Assembly: GCF_004010195.1 (NCBI RefSeq)
Contig: NW_025214381.1
Location: 6,372-42,719, forward strand
Reading direction: 5' to 3'
Source of the DNA: Chiloscyllium plagiosum
Lineage: Eukaryota
DNA: 36,348 nucleotides
A program made the position numbers and the translations under genes. Below, piece by piece: positions 22,128 through 32,849 of the stretch. Under the pieces are notes generated by a model, which was not told where the DNA came from, ran no database searches, and worked only from the letters and a program-made list of their open reading frames with translations. Position 1 is the first letter of the stretch. Each line of letters opens with the position of its first letter.

Positions 22128-23804
22128 GTCGTGGAGGTTTCTGTGTATGTGTGTTTCTGTGTATATTTATTTAAGGGCAGGAGACAGGGTGGTGATGGAG
22201 GATTGTGCATGTGTATTTCTTTGTATCTCTGATTAACGGCAGGAAGCGGGGTGGTGATCGAGGGACGTGTGTGTGTGTTTGTGTGCATATCTGTTCAATG
22301 GCAGGAGACAGGGAGGTCATGGAGTGTTGTCTGCGTGTGTTACTTTGTATATCTGTTTAAGGGCTGGATACAAGGTGGTGGTGTCGGGTTGTGTTTGTGT
22401 TTCTTTGTATATGTGCTTAATGGCAGGAGACATGGTGGTGTGTGTGTGTTTCTGTGTATTCCTGTTCAATGGCAGGAGAGATGGTGGTCATGTAGTGTTG
22501 TGTGTGTGTTTCTGCGTATATATATTCAATGGCAGGAGACAGTGTGGTGGTGGAATGTAGTGTGTCTGTGTGTCTGTGTCTATGTGCTTACTAGCAGGAG
22601 ACAGGTTGGTGTTGTAGGGTTGTATATGTATGAACGTTTCTGTGTATATCTGTTTAAGGGCAGTAGGCAGGATGTTCGTGAAAGGTTGTATGTGTGTTTC
22701 TGTGTATATCTGTTTAAGGGCAGTAGGCAGGATGTTTGTGGAAGGTTGTATGTGTGTTTCTGTGTATATCTGTTTACTGGCAGGAAACAGGCTGATGGTG
22801 GAGAGTTGTGATTGTTTGTCTCTGTTTATATCTGTTTAATGGCAGGAGACAGGGTGGTCAAGTGTAATGTGTGTGTGCATTTCTGTGTATATTTGCTCAA
22901 TGGCAGGAGACAGGGTGGTTGTGAAGGTTTGTGTGAGTGTGTTTCTGTTAATATCTAATTAAGGGCTGGAGACAGGGTGGTGGTGGTGGAGGGTTTTGAG
23001 TGTGTGTTCCTTTGTATATCTGATTAAAGGCAGGGAACACTGACGGTGGAGGGATGTGTGTGTGTTTCAGTGTATATCTGTTTAATGACAGGAGACAGGA
23101 TGGTGGTGGAGGGTAGTGTGTGTGCGTGTTTCTGTGTATAATTGTTTAATGACAGGAGACAGTGGTGGAGGAGGGATGCGGTTGTGTTTCTGTTTTGTTT
23201 CTGTATACATCTACTTAAGGGCCGGAGACAGGGTGGTGGTTGAGGGTAGTGTGTATACGTGTTTCTGTGTATAACTGTTTAATGACAGGAGACAGTGTGG
23301 TGGAAGAGGGACGTGTTTGTGTTTCTGTTTAACTGTTCAATGACAGGAGACAGGATGGTGTTGGAAATATGTGTGTATATTTCTGTATATATCGGTTTAA
23401 TTGCAGGACACGGTGGTGGAGGAGGCTGGTGTGTGTGTGTGTTTCTGCATAAATCTATTAAATGGCAAGACGTGTGTGTGTGTTTCTGTGTAAATCTATT
23501 TAACGGCAAGAGACAGTGAGGTGGTGGAGGGTAGAATGTCTGTGTTTCTGTGTCTATATACTTACTTGTAGGAGACAGGGTAGTAGTGGAGGGTTGTGTA
23601 TGTGTGAGCGTTTCTGTGTATATCTGTTTAAGGGCAGTAGGCAGCGTATTCATGGTAGGTTTATGTGTGTTTCTGTGTATATCTGTTTAATGGCAGGAGA
23701 CAGGGTGATGGTCGAGGGTCGTGTGTGTGCATTTCTGTGAATATCCGCTCAATGGCAGGAGGCAGGGTGGTGATGGAGGATTGTGTGTGTGCTTCTGTTT
23801 ACAT

Positions 23805-23861
23805 GGGCGGCACGGTGGCACAATCGTTAGCACTGCTGCCTCACAGCGCCAGACACCCGGG
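23805..23861 (+). mobile_element. Duplicated 5' stub of an HE1-like SINE
   Basis: gggcggcacggtggcacaatcgttagcactgctgcctcacagcgccagacacccggg is identical to the start of the copy at 23925. Confidence 0.9.
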
Positions 23862-23924
23862 TATCCGCTCAATGGCAGGAGGCAGGGTGGTGATGGAGGA
23901 TTGTGTGTATGCTTCTGTTTATAT

Positions 23925-24090
23925 GGGCGGCACGGTGGCACAATCGTTAGCACTGCTGCCTCACAGCGCCAGACACCCGGGTTCAATTCCCGACTCAAGC
24001 GACTGACTGTGTGAAGTTTGCGCATTCTCCCCGTGTCTGCGTGGGTTTCCTTCGGGTGCTCCGGTTTCCTCCCACAGTCCAAAGATGTGC
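23925..24090 (+). mobile_element. HE1-like tRNA-derived V-SINE, 3'-truncated
   Basis: A-box tggcacaatcg, B-box ggttcaattcc and V-domain ttctccccgtgtctgcgtgggtttcc..gggtgctccggtttcctcccacagtccaaagatgtg. Confidence 0.92.
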
Positions 24091-26437
24091 CTATTCAACG
24101 ACAAGAGACAGTGTGGTGGTGGAGGGTAGAATGTCTGTGTTTCAGTGTCTATGTACTTACTTGCAGGAGACAGGGTGGTAGTGGAGGGTTGTGTATGTCT
24201 GAGCGTTTCTGTGTATATCTGTTTAAGGCAGTAGACAGCGTGTTCATGGAAGGTAGTATGTGTCTTTCTGTGTATATCTGTTTAATGGCAGGAGACAGGG
24301 TGGTAATGGAGGATTGTGTGTGTGCTTCTGTGTATGTCTGTTTAATGGCAGGAGACAGGGTGGTCTTGGAGGATTGTGCGCGTGTGTGTTTCTGTGTATA
24401 TCTATTTAAGTGCTGGGGACAGGATGGTGGTGGACGGATGTGTGTGTGTTTCATTGCATATCTGTTTAATGACAGGGGACAGGGTGGTGGTAGAGCGATG
24501 TATGGGTCTGTGTTTCTATGCATATCTATTTAATGATAGGGGACAGGGTGGTGATGGAGGGTGGAGTATGCGTGTTTCTGTGTATATCTGTTTAATCGTA
24601 GGAGACAGGGCGGTGGTGGAGGGTTGTGTGTGTTTATTTTCCAGTGTATATCTGTTTAAAGACAGGAGACAGGGTTGTGGTGGAGGGTTGTCTGTAAGTT
24701 TCTGTAAATTTCTGTTTAATAGCAGGAGACAGCATGGTGGTGGAGGATGGTGAGTATGTGTTTCTGTGTATAACTATTTAATGGCCGGAGACAGAGTGTT
24801 GCTGGAGTTTTGTATGCGTATTTCTGTTTTTATCTGTTTAATTGCACGAGACAGGGTGGTCGTGGAGGGTTGTGTGTGTATTTCTGTGTATATCTGCTTA
24901 ATGACAGGAGACAAGTTCAAGGATTGTGGGTGCATGTGTGTGTGTTTCTGTGTATATCTGCTTAATAGCGGGAGACAGCGTGATGGTGGAGGGTTGTGCG
25001 TGTGTGTTTCTGCATATATTTCTTTAATTTCAGGAGACAGGGTGTTAGTGGAAGGTTGTGTGCTTGTGTTTCTATCCATATCTTTTTAATAACAGGAGAC
25101 AGTTATTGGTGCAGGTTGGTGTGCATGTGTTTCTGCATATCCCTGTTTAATTGTTTCTGCGTAGATCTGTGTAATGGCAGGAGGCAGGATGGTCGTGGAG
25201 GGTTGTATGTATGTGTTTCTGTTTATATCTGTTTATTGGCAGGAGACAGTGTGGTCTTGGATGATTGTGTGTTTCTGTGTATGTCTGTTTAATCACAGGA
25301 GACAAGGTGGTCATGGAGTGTTTTGTGTGCGTGTTTCTGTAGTATTTGTTTAATGGCAGGAGACAGGAAGGTGGTTTCGAGTTTTGTTTGTGTTTCTGTG
25401 TATATCTGTTTATTGACTGGAGGCAACGTATTAGTGCAGGGTTGTGTGTGTGCATTGCTGTGTATTTCTGTTTAATAGCAGGAGACAGAGTAGGAGTGGT
25501 GGATTGTATGTGTGTGTTTCTATATATATCTGATCAGTGGCAGGAAACACCTTGGTGGTTTAGGGTTGTGTGTGTGTTTCTGTGTACAACTGTTATCTGG
25601 AAGGAGACTACTTGGTGGTGGAGGGCGGATTGCCTGTTCTTCTGTGTATATCTGTTAGATGGTAGGAGACAGCGTGGTGGTGAAGGGTTGTGTATGTACG
25701 TTTCTGTGTATTGCTATTTAATGGCAGGAGTCAGGGTGATGATGGAGGGTTGTGTCTGTGTGATTCTCTCTATATCTGTTTCATGGCATGAGACAGGGTG
25801 GCGGTGGATGGTTGCATCTGTGTGTGTTTCTGTATATATCTGTTGAATTGCAGGAGACAGGGTGTTGGTGTAGGATTGTATGTGTATTGTTGTGCATTTC
25901 TGTTTAGTGGCAGAATAAATGGTGGCAATGGAGGGTGGTATGTCTGTTTCTGTGTATATCTGATCAATGGCAGGCGACAGGATGGTAGTGGATGGATGGT
26001 TGTGTCTGTTTCACTATATATCTGTTTAGTTGCAGGAGACAGTGTGGTGGTGGAGGGTGGTGTGGGTGTGTGCTTCTCTGTATATCTGTTCAATGCCAGG
26101 ACACAGGGTGGTCTTGGATGGTTGTGTGTGTTTTTACGTATAGTTGCTTCATTACAGGAGACAGGGTGGTCGTGGAGTGTTGTGTGTGTGTGTGTTTCTG
26201 TGTATAAATGTTTAATGGCAGAAGACAGGGTGGTGTTCGCGGAGGGGTGTGTGTGTGTTTCTGTGTAAATCTTATGAAGGCCAGGATACAGGGTAGACAT
26301 TGAAGATTGTGATTTTGAGTTTCTGAATATATATCTCCTTAAGGGCAGGAGTGGAGGCCGGGTGATGGTGGAGGGTGTGTGTGTTTGTGTGTGTTTCTGC
26401 GTATATGTGTTTAATGGAAGGAGACAGGGTGGTGCTG

Positions 26438-26676
26438 GATTACTTATTGTGTGGAAACAGGCCCTCCGGCCCAACAAGTCCACACCGACCCGCCGAAGCC
26501 CGACCCCTAACACTACAGCCAATTCACCTACCTGAGCACGCCAATGCACGCAGGAAACCCACGCAGACACAGGGAGAATGTGCAAACTCCACACAGAGAG
26601 TAGCCTGAGGCGGGAATTCAACCTGGGTCTCTAGCTGTGAGGCCGCAGTGCTAACCACTGTGCCACCGTGCCGCCC
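26438..26676 (-). mobile_element. HE1-like V-SINE with internal deletions and a CR1-like 3' tail
   Basis: Minus strand starts gggcggcacggtggcacagtggttagcactgc and ends ggacttgttgggccggagggcctgtttccacac..agtaatc. Confidence 0.92.
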
Positions 26677-29477
26677 ACACATATGTGGTTCTGTATATAT
26701 CTGTTTAATGTCAGCAGACAGTGTGGTGGTCGAGCGTTTTGTGTGTGTGTGTGTGTTTCTGCATATATCTGTTTAATGGCGGGTGACAGCGTGGCTGTGG
26801 AGGGTTGTGTGTGTGTTTCTGTCTATATCTGTTGAATTGCAGGATACAGCGTGTTGGTGGAGGGTTGTGTGTGTGTAATGCAGTGTACTTCTGTTTTAAT
26901 TGCCGGAAACAGGGTGGTAGTGGTAAGTTGTGTGTGTGTTTCTGTGTATATCTGATCAACGGCAGGAGACAATGTGGTGGTGGAGGGTGGTGAGTCTGAA
27001 TTTCTATGTATATCTGTTCAATGGCAGGACATAGGGTAGTCTTGGAGAGTTGTGTGTGTGTTTCTATGTATGTTTGCTAAATGACAGGAAACAGGGTTAT
27101 CGTGGAATGTTTTGTGTGTGTGTGTGTGTATGCTACTGTGTATAAATGTCTAATGTCAGGAGACAGGACGGTGGTGTAAGGTAGTGTCTCTGTGTTTATA
27201 TGTATATCTGCTTCCTAGCGTGAGACAGGGTGATGGTGAAGATTGTCAGTGTGTGTTTCTGAATATATTTGTTTAATAACAGCAGACAGGGTTTTGATGG
27301 AGGGTTGCATGTGTGTGTTTCTGTGTATATCTGTTTAATGGCAAGTGATAGGGTGGTGGTGGAGGGTTGTGTGCGTGTTTCTGTATATATCTGCTTAATG
27401 GCAGGAGACAGACTGGTGGTGGAGGAGGTTTGTATGTGTGTGTGTTTCTGTGTCCATCTGATCAATGGCAGAAAACAACTTGGGGGTGTCGTGTTGTGTT
27501 TGTTTGTTTCTGCATATTTCTGTTTAATGGCGGAAGACAGGGTGGCGGGGAGGGTTGTGTGTGTGTTTCTGTCTACATCTGTTAAATTGCAGGAGACAGG
27601 GTGTTGGTGGAGGATTGTGTGTGTTTGTTTCTGTATATATTTATTGAATTGCAGGAGACATGGTGTTGGTGGAGAGTTGTGTGTGTGTAATGCAGTGTAC
27701 TTCAGTTTTAATTGCCGGAGACAGGGTGGTAGTGGTAAGTTGTGTGTGCGTTTCTGTGTATATCTGATCAACGGCAAGAGACAGTGTGGTGGTGGAGGGT
27801 GGTGTGTCTGATTTTCTATGTATATCTGTTCAATGGCAGGTCACATGGAGGGTTGTGTGTGTTTCTACATATTTTTGCTTAACGACAGGATATAGGGTGA
27901 TCGTGGAATGTTTTGTGTGTGTTGCTGTGTATAAATGTCTAATGGCAGGAGACAGGACGGTGGTTTAGGATAGTGTCTCTGTGTTTATATGCATATCTGC
28001 TTCCTAGCAGGAGACAAGGTGATGGTGAAGTTTATCAGTGTGTGTTTCTGAGTATAACTATTTAATGACAGCGGGCAGGGTTTGGGTGGAGGGTTGCATG
28101 TGCATGTTTCTGTGTATATCTGTTTAATGGCAAGTGATAGGAGGTGGTGGAGGGTTGTGTGCGTGTTTCTGTATATATCTGCTAATGACAGGAGACAGAC
28201 AGGTAGTGTGGAGTTTTGTATGTGTGTGTGTGTTTCTGTGTATATCTGATTAATGGCAGGAAACAGCGTTGTGGTGGAGGATTTTATGTATATGTGTGCT
28301 TGTGTGTGTGTGTTTCTCTGCATATCTGCTTAAGGGCAGGAGACAACGCGGTGGTGGAGGCTTGTGTGTGTGATTCTGTGTATATTTTTTACTGTCAGGA
28401 GTCAGGGTGGTTATGGAGTGGAGTGTGCGTGTTTTTGTGTACATCTGCTTAATGGCAGGAAACAAGATGGTGGTAGAGGACAATGTGTGTGTGTTTCTGT
28501 GTATATCTGTTTGATGACAGAAAACAAGGTGGTGGTGGAGGGTAATGTGTGTGTTTCTGTGTATATCTGCTTAATGACAGAAAACAAGGTGTCGTTTGAG
28601 GGTAATGTGTGTGTGTTTCTGTGTATATCTGTTTAATGACAGAAAACAAGGTGGTGGTGGAGGGTAATGTGTGTGTTTCTGTGTTTATCTGCTTAATGAC
28701 AGAAAACAAGGTGTCGTTTGAGGGTAATGTGTGTGTGTTTCTGTGTATATCTGTTTAATGACAGAAAACAAGGGTGGTGGTGGAGGGTGATGTGTGTGTT
28801 TCTGTCATTATCTGCTTGATGACAGAAAACAAGGTGGGGTTGGAGGGTAATGTGTGTGTGTTTCTGTGTATATCTGTTCAATGACAGATGACATGGCTCT
28901 TGGTGGAGGGGAACGTGTGTGTTTCTGTATATATCTGTTTAATGGCTGGAGACAGGGTGGTGGTGCAGAGATGTGTGTATGTTTCTATGTATATCTGTTT
29001 AATTCCAGGAGACAGGGTGGTGGTGGAAGGATGTGTGGGTGTTTCTGTGTGATTTATTTAATGTCAGTAGACAGCATGGTTGGTGGAGCGTTGTGTTTGT
29101 GTATTTCTGTGTTTATCTGATTAATGCCTGGAGGCAGTGTGTTGATGAAGGGTTGTGTGCGTGCGTTTTTGTGTATATCTGTTTAATGGCTGGAGAGAGG
29201 ATAGTAGTGGAGGGATGTTTGTGTTTGTTTCAGTATATATATGTTTAATTGCAGGACACAGGTTGTGCGTGTGCTTCTGTGTATGTCTGTTTAATGACAG
29301 GAGACAGTGTGGTGATGGAGGTTTGTGTGTGTGTTTTCCTGTATATGTCTGTGAAATGGCAGAATACAGGATAGTGGTGGAGGGATGCACATGTTTTTCT
29401 ATGTCTATCTGTTTCGTGATATGAGACAGTGTGGCGGTGGTGGTGGGGTAGTGTTTTTCAAAGCCTGTGACCTCCCA

Positions 29478-29622
29478 TTATATAAATGATTTAGATGAGA
29501 ATTTTAGAAGGCATGATTTTCAAGTTTACCGATGACATCAAGATTGGTTGTATTGTGGATAGGGTTTGTGTAATGATTTACAGTCTATGATTACAGACAG
29601 ATCGTGATCAATTGAATCAGTG
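29478..29622 (+). mobile_element. CR1 RT fragment (continues at ~30937)
   Basis: Reads YINDLDEN..KFTDDIKIGCIVD..QTDRDQL. Confidence 0.8.
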
Positions 29623-29960
29623 AATCATAGAGATATAATGCAGGTCATCAGATCCTTCAAATCATGCAAACCAACCAGATATCCTGAATGAATCCAGTCA
29701 CGTTTGCAAGCATTAGTCCCATGTCCCTCTAAACACTTCCAATTCATATAACAATGCCTTTTAAAAGTTGTAATTGTACGAGCCTTCACCACTTCCTCCG
29801 GCAGTTCATTCCATACATGCATGAAAACGTTGCCCTTTAGGTTTCTCTTAATCTTTCTCTTCCCACCTTAAACCTATGCCATTTAGTTTTTGTTTCCCTT
29901 CCCTGGGAAATAGACCATGACTATTCACCCTACCCATGATTTTATAAACCTCTATAAGGT
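29623..29960 (-). mobile_element. CR1 3' end
   Basis: Reads VWNELPEEVVKARTITTFKRH and LIEVYKIM, with a gaatcatagag tail. Confidence 0.85.
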
Positions 29961-30049
29961 GCAATCAACGCGAATGGCTGTGCTTTCAGTCATCCCAGGC
30001 TCAATTCTGACATTCGATCCGACACCTCTTCCTTCTCTATCAAGTCACA

Positions 30050-30348
30050 TTTCAAAAATCATTTTAATCCACGTGCTCAGACATATAATGAAACATCTCT
30101 GTGGGATGTGAACCTTTCGGCTCAGAGGTCGGGGCACTACCACCACTCAACAATAGCCCCTAAATTTGCAACATGATTCTCCTGTGTGCTTGTTCATCAG
30201 TTTTCTTTGAACATACTCTGACACGCCCCCACAGCAGAATCGAGATCATCTGTTCCAGAGAAGCTGACACTACCACAAGTTCATGGAAGGGAATCGAATC
30301 CAGAGCTCTGACCCCGGGGCAGGGGTTCTACCCACTACACAAGACTTA
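30050..30348 (-). mobile_element. Cluster of degenerate tRNA-derived SINE heads
   Basis: Three related ~60-bp units. The clearest, on the minus strand, is tgtgtagtgg..gattcgattcc (A/B-box-like). Confidence 0.45.
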
Positions 30349-30936
30349 AACCATGCCCAGAATGTGAATCATATTTTAATTGTCAGTTTTCCACTCTATA
30401 TGGATTAATTAAATTCTGATTAACATTACTGAAAAACACAGGTAACAGTTCTCATTGTTAAACAAATAAAAGGTATTAGCCTCAACTATAGGATGATGAG
30501 TGCATGTGCTCTGCCATCGAGATGAACAATAAACTTCTTTAATTGCTTGTCTATGATTTCCAGCTTCAATACCTATTATCTGTAATCTGCAATATTAGGG
30601 CAAGAAATCTTGCAGAAACACTCTGCACTATGAGGGATTTCGAATAGATATCAATACTGAACACGCGAGATGAGGAAAGAGCACAATTTCTGGCCAAAAA
30701 ACACTGGCCACTATTTCCAACCTCTCACATGTGGCTTCCCTCTTGCAAAGATTATTGATACAAGGCATCGGTTTACTTTCCAGCCTCTCCTTACCCTCTC
30801 CTCCCTCTGCTTGCACAAAGCAAATCAAGCTCTGGGTCTTTGGGAAAATCAAGGCCTGTGTTTGTAGGCCTTCTGGAGAGGGGAAGGTCTTTTAAACCTG
30901 AAGCCAGAGGGTGAGGGGGCAGTAATATCACTCACT

Positions 30937-31285
30937 GGGTTGAGGTGTGGCAGTTTGAGTTTAACTTGGATAAATGCGAGGTATTGCATTTTGGTAAAAT
31001 AAAAAGCAGGGGGGGGCTTATACATGTAATAGTAGTGCGACAGTAGTGTTATAGAAAAGGGGGACCCACAGGTGCAGATAGAATTCCCAGAAGTTTGTGG
31101 CACATATAGACAAGGTGTTTAAGGTGACTTCACTGCTCAGACTTTTGTGGTTAGAAGTTGAGAAGTCATGCTGAGATTTGGCAGGACATTGATGAAGCCT
31201 TTTCTGCAGTACTGTGTGCAGTTCTGTTATTGGAAGGAGATTATTAAGCTGAAGAGAGTTCAAAAGTTATATACCAGGATGTCGC
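30937..31285 (+). mobile_element. CR1 RT C-terminal fragment
   Basis: Reads EVWQFEFNLDKCEVLHFGK..LQYCVQFC..KLKRVQK..TRMSPG. Confidence 0.85.
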
Positions 31286-31286
31286 C

Positions 31287-31697
31287 AGGAACACCTCATC
31301 GTCTGCCTCTGGAGCCGTAAAACACACGGCATGAACATTGAACTCACTAATTTGCACATCTCCCCTCGCCGACCCAGATCCCAGATCCGACCCTCCGACT
31401 CACATCCGCCCTCTCGTGGGAACCTACCCGTCCATCTTCCTTCACTCCGATCCGCTCTAACTCCCCACCGACCTATCACTATCACCTTCTCGCTTCACCC
31501 ACCTATCACCAACCTAGCCTTACCCCCACCACACATTTATCTCTCAGCCCCTTTACTCCTTCGCAGTTCTGAAGAAGGGCCCTGCCTGAAACGTTTACTC
31601 TCTTGCTCCTCGGATGCTGCCTGACCTATTGTGTCTTCTCCACTATCATCCTTTATCTACACTGAATTCTCCAACGTCTGGAATCCCCATTGTCTCT
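31287..31697 (+). mobile_element. Penelope-like 3' relic with a hammerhead-like motif
   Basis: Reads EHLIVCL...HGMNIELTNL, then a C-rich UTR and ctgaagaagggccctgcctgaaacg. Same family as 2990-3625. Confidence 0.78.
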
Positions 31698-32281
31698 TAG
31701 GTACAATTCTCTGTTAACATATCAATGCTGTATGGCTGTTATAACCTCTCACTGTCTTAGGTACATATTCACTCCAGATCATGGCCTATAAAATTTCTCT
31801 CAATCTCTGACTGATATTGTCATGTCTCAGCAGTAGTTACGGGTCTATGTTTCCATTTATAAGCAGAGAAGCATGTTGGTGTTCCGATAAACCTCTGGCA
31901 TTACTTCCACATCCAATGCAGACTGAATGGTTACACACAATTAATCTATCAGACTCAACATTCGTTCCCTCAGTCACCCTCGCAGATCCTATCCAGATTG
32001 TATATTGTTAATCATTATTTGGAATTTTAATAAAACAATATTGAATTGAAAGGCGCTGGCTACAGCTATTTGTTCAGTGACTGTGATTAATGTCAGTCTC
32101 CGTGGATCCTGAATGTGTCACTGGAGGGCTTGCCTCTTTTTTAAATTAAGGATTGAGTTCAATGTGTTATCCCATAGTATGAGTGGGAGCATCGCCGACA
32201 GAACTAACAGGGATCAGCAGCTCCAGAGAGACAGGGAGGAGATATCAGAATCTGAGAACATTTGATTGGAATGATCCAACA

Positions 32282-32414
32282 ATGGACAGGAGTTTATCCA
32301 ATAGTCTTTACTGGCTTTCCCAACCTGGGGTGTCATTAGTATGGAGGATCTATGATGTACTGATTGTTATTCAAGGTGGTTACTATCCCATACTCGCTAC
32401 AATTGGTGTTCCTG
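32282..32414 (+). CDS. GPR139-like: Putative first coding exon of a GPR139/GPR142-like class A GPCR (N-terminus to mid-TM1); exon 2 not in window
   Basis: Translates MDRSLSNSLYWLSQPGVSLVWRIYDVLIVIQGGYYPILATIGVP-g, then a consensus donor G|GTAAGT at 32415 (phase 1). YY.ILA.IGVP parallels human GPR139 YYSLLLCLGLP, which I recall is followed by an intron at this point. The start codon is uncertain. Confidence 0.72.
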
Positions 32415-32464
32415 GTAAGTCATTCTAACTGTCTATTAAAGCAGGTTAAACTGAATTATTGTTC

Positions 32465-32810
32465 ATGTTATTAACATTAGGAAAGATGGAAGTCATCGTT
32501 TTCAGCTCCAATGAAAAATCCCATTCCTTAGAAATTATAATGAGCAAATTACTACTTTCAAATGACTCATCAATATGCGAGGAGAAACTCTAAAACTCCA
32601 TAATCCTTCTAGCCCTGCACAGATCAATATCTCCACATCCTCCCCACTCACTAATTCTGTCCAATATCACCATCGTGATATCCCGTTTCATCCTCAGCCA
32701 CAGTGCACCTTCTGAGTAAACCATCATTTGAGCCTCTGTTAAATCCGGAATCACCTGTTTCAAGCCCCTTCTAACCACATGTCCATCACAAAATAATTGC
32801 ACTTGAAATA
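32465..32810 (+). mobile_element. Very old L2-like LINE RT fragment (intronic)
   Basis: Degenerate LNI.K.EVIVF and NI....P.....SE.TII.ASVKS (compare AETLIHAFVTSRLDY). Confidence 0.45.
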
Positions 32811-32849
32811 GTTAACTTGTTCTCTGCCTAGAAACTGTCTGACGGGGAG

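Larger units (their letters stand above)
22128..29456. repeat. G/T-rich ~60-bp satellite, main block (>100 monomers) with higher-order repeats and SINE insertions at two sites
   Basis: Continuous tandem monomers whose length varies through the internal (GT)n tract. Confidence 0.96.

Noticed and set aside
23925..24000. tRNA gene
   Set aside because: The A/B boxes run directly into the V-SINE body, so this is a SINE head.
15274..29424. Dozens of Cys/Val/Gly-rich or His/Thr/Pro-rich ORFs (e.g. GRRQGGGGGLCVCFCVYLFN repeats) as a repeat-protein gene
   Set aside because: They appear in most frames on both strands because the 60-bp unit has few stops. The (GT)n indels shift frame constantly, so there is no sign of frame preservation.
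22128..29456. CRISPR-like repeat-spacer array
   Set aside because: There are no unique spacers, the whole monomer is repeated and diverged, no cas genes are present, and the context is vertebrate.
32136..32150. TATA-like ttttaaatt upstream of the GPCR exon
   Set aside because: Non-canonical and common in AT-rich DNA; the transcription start is unknown.
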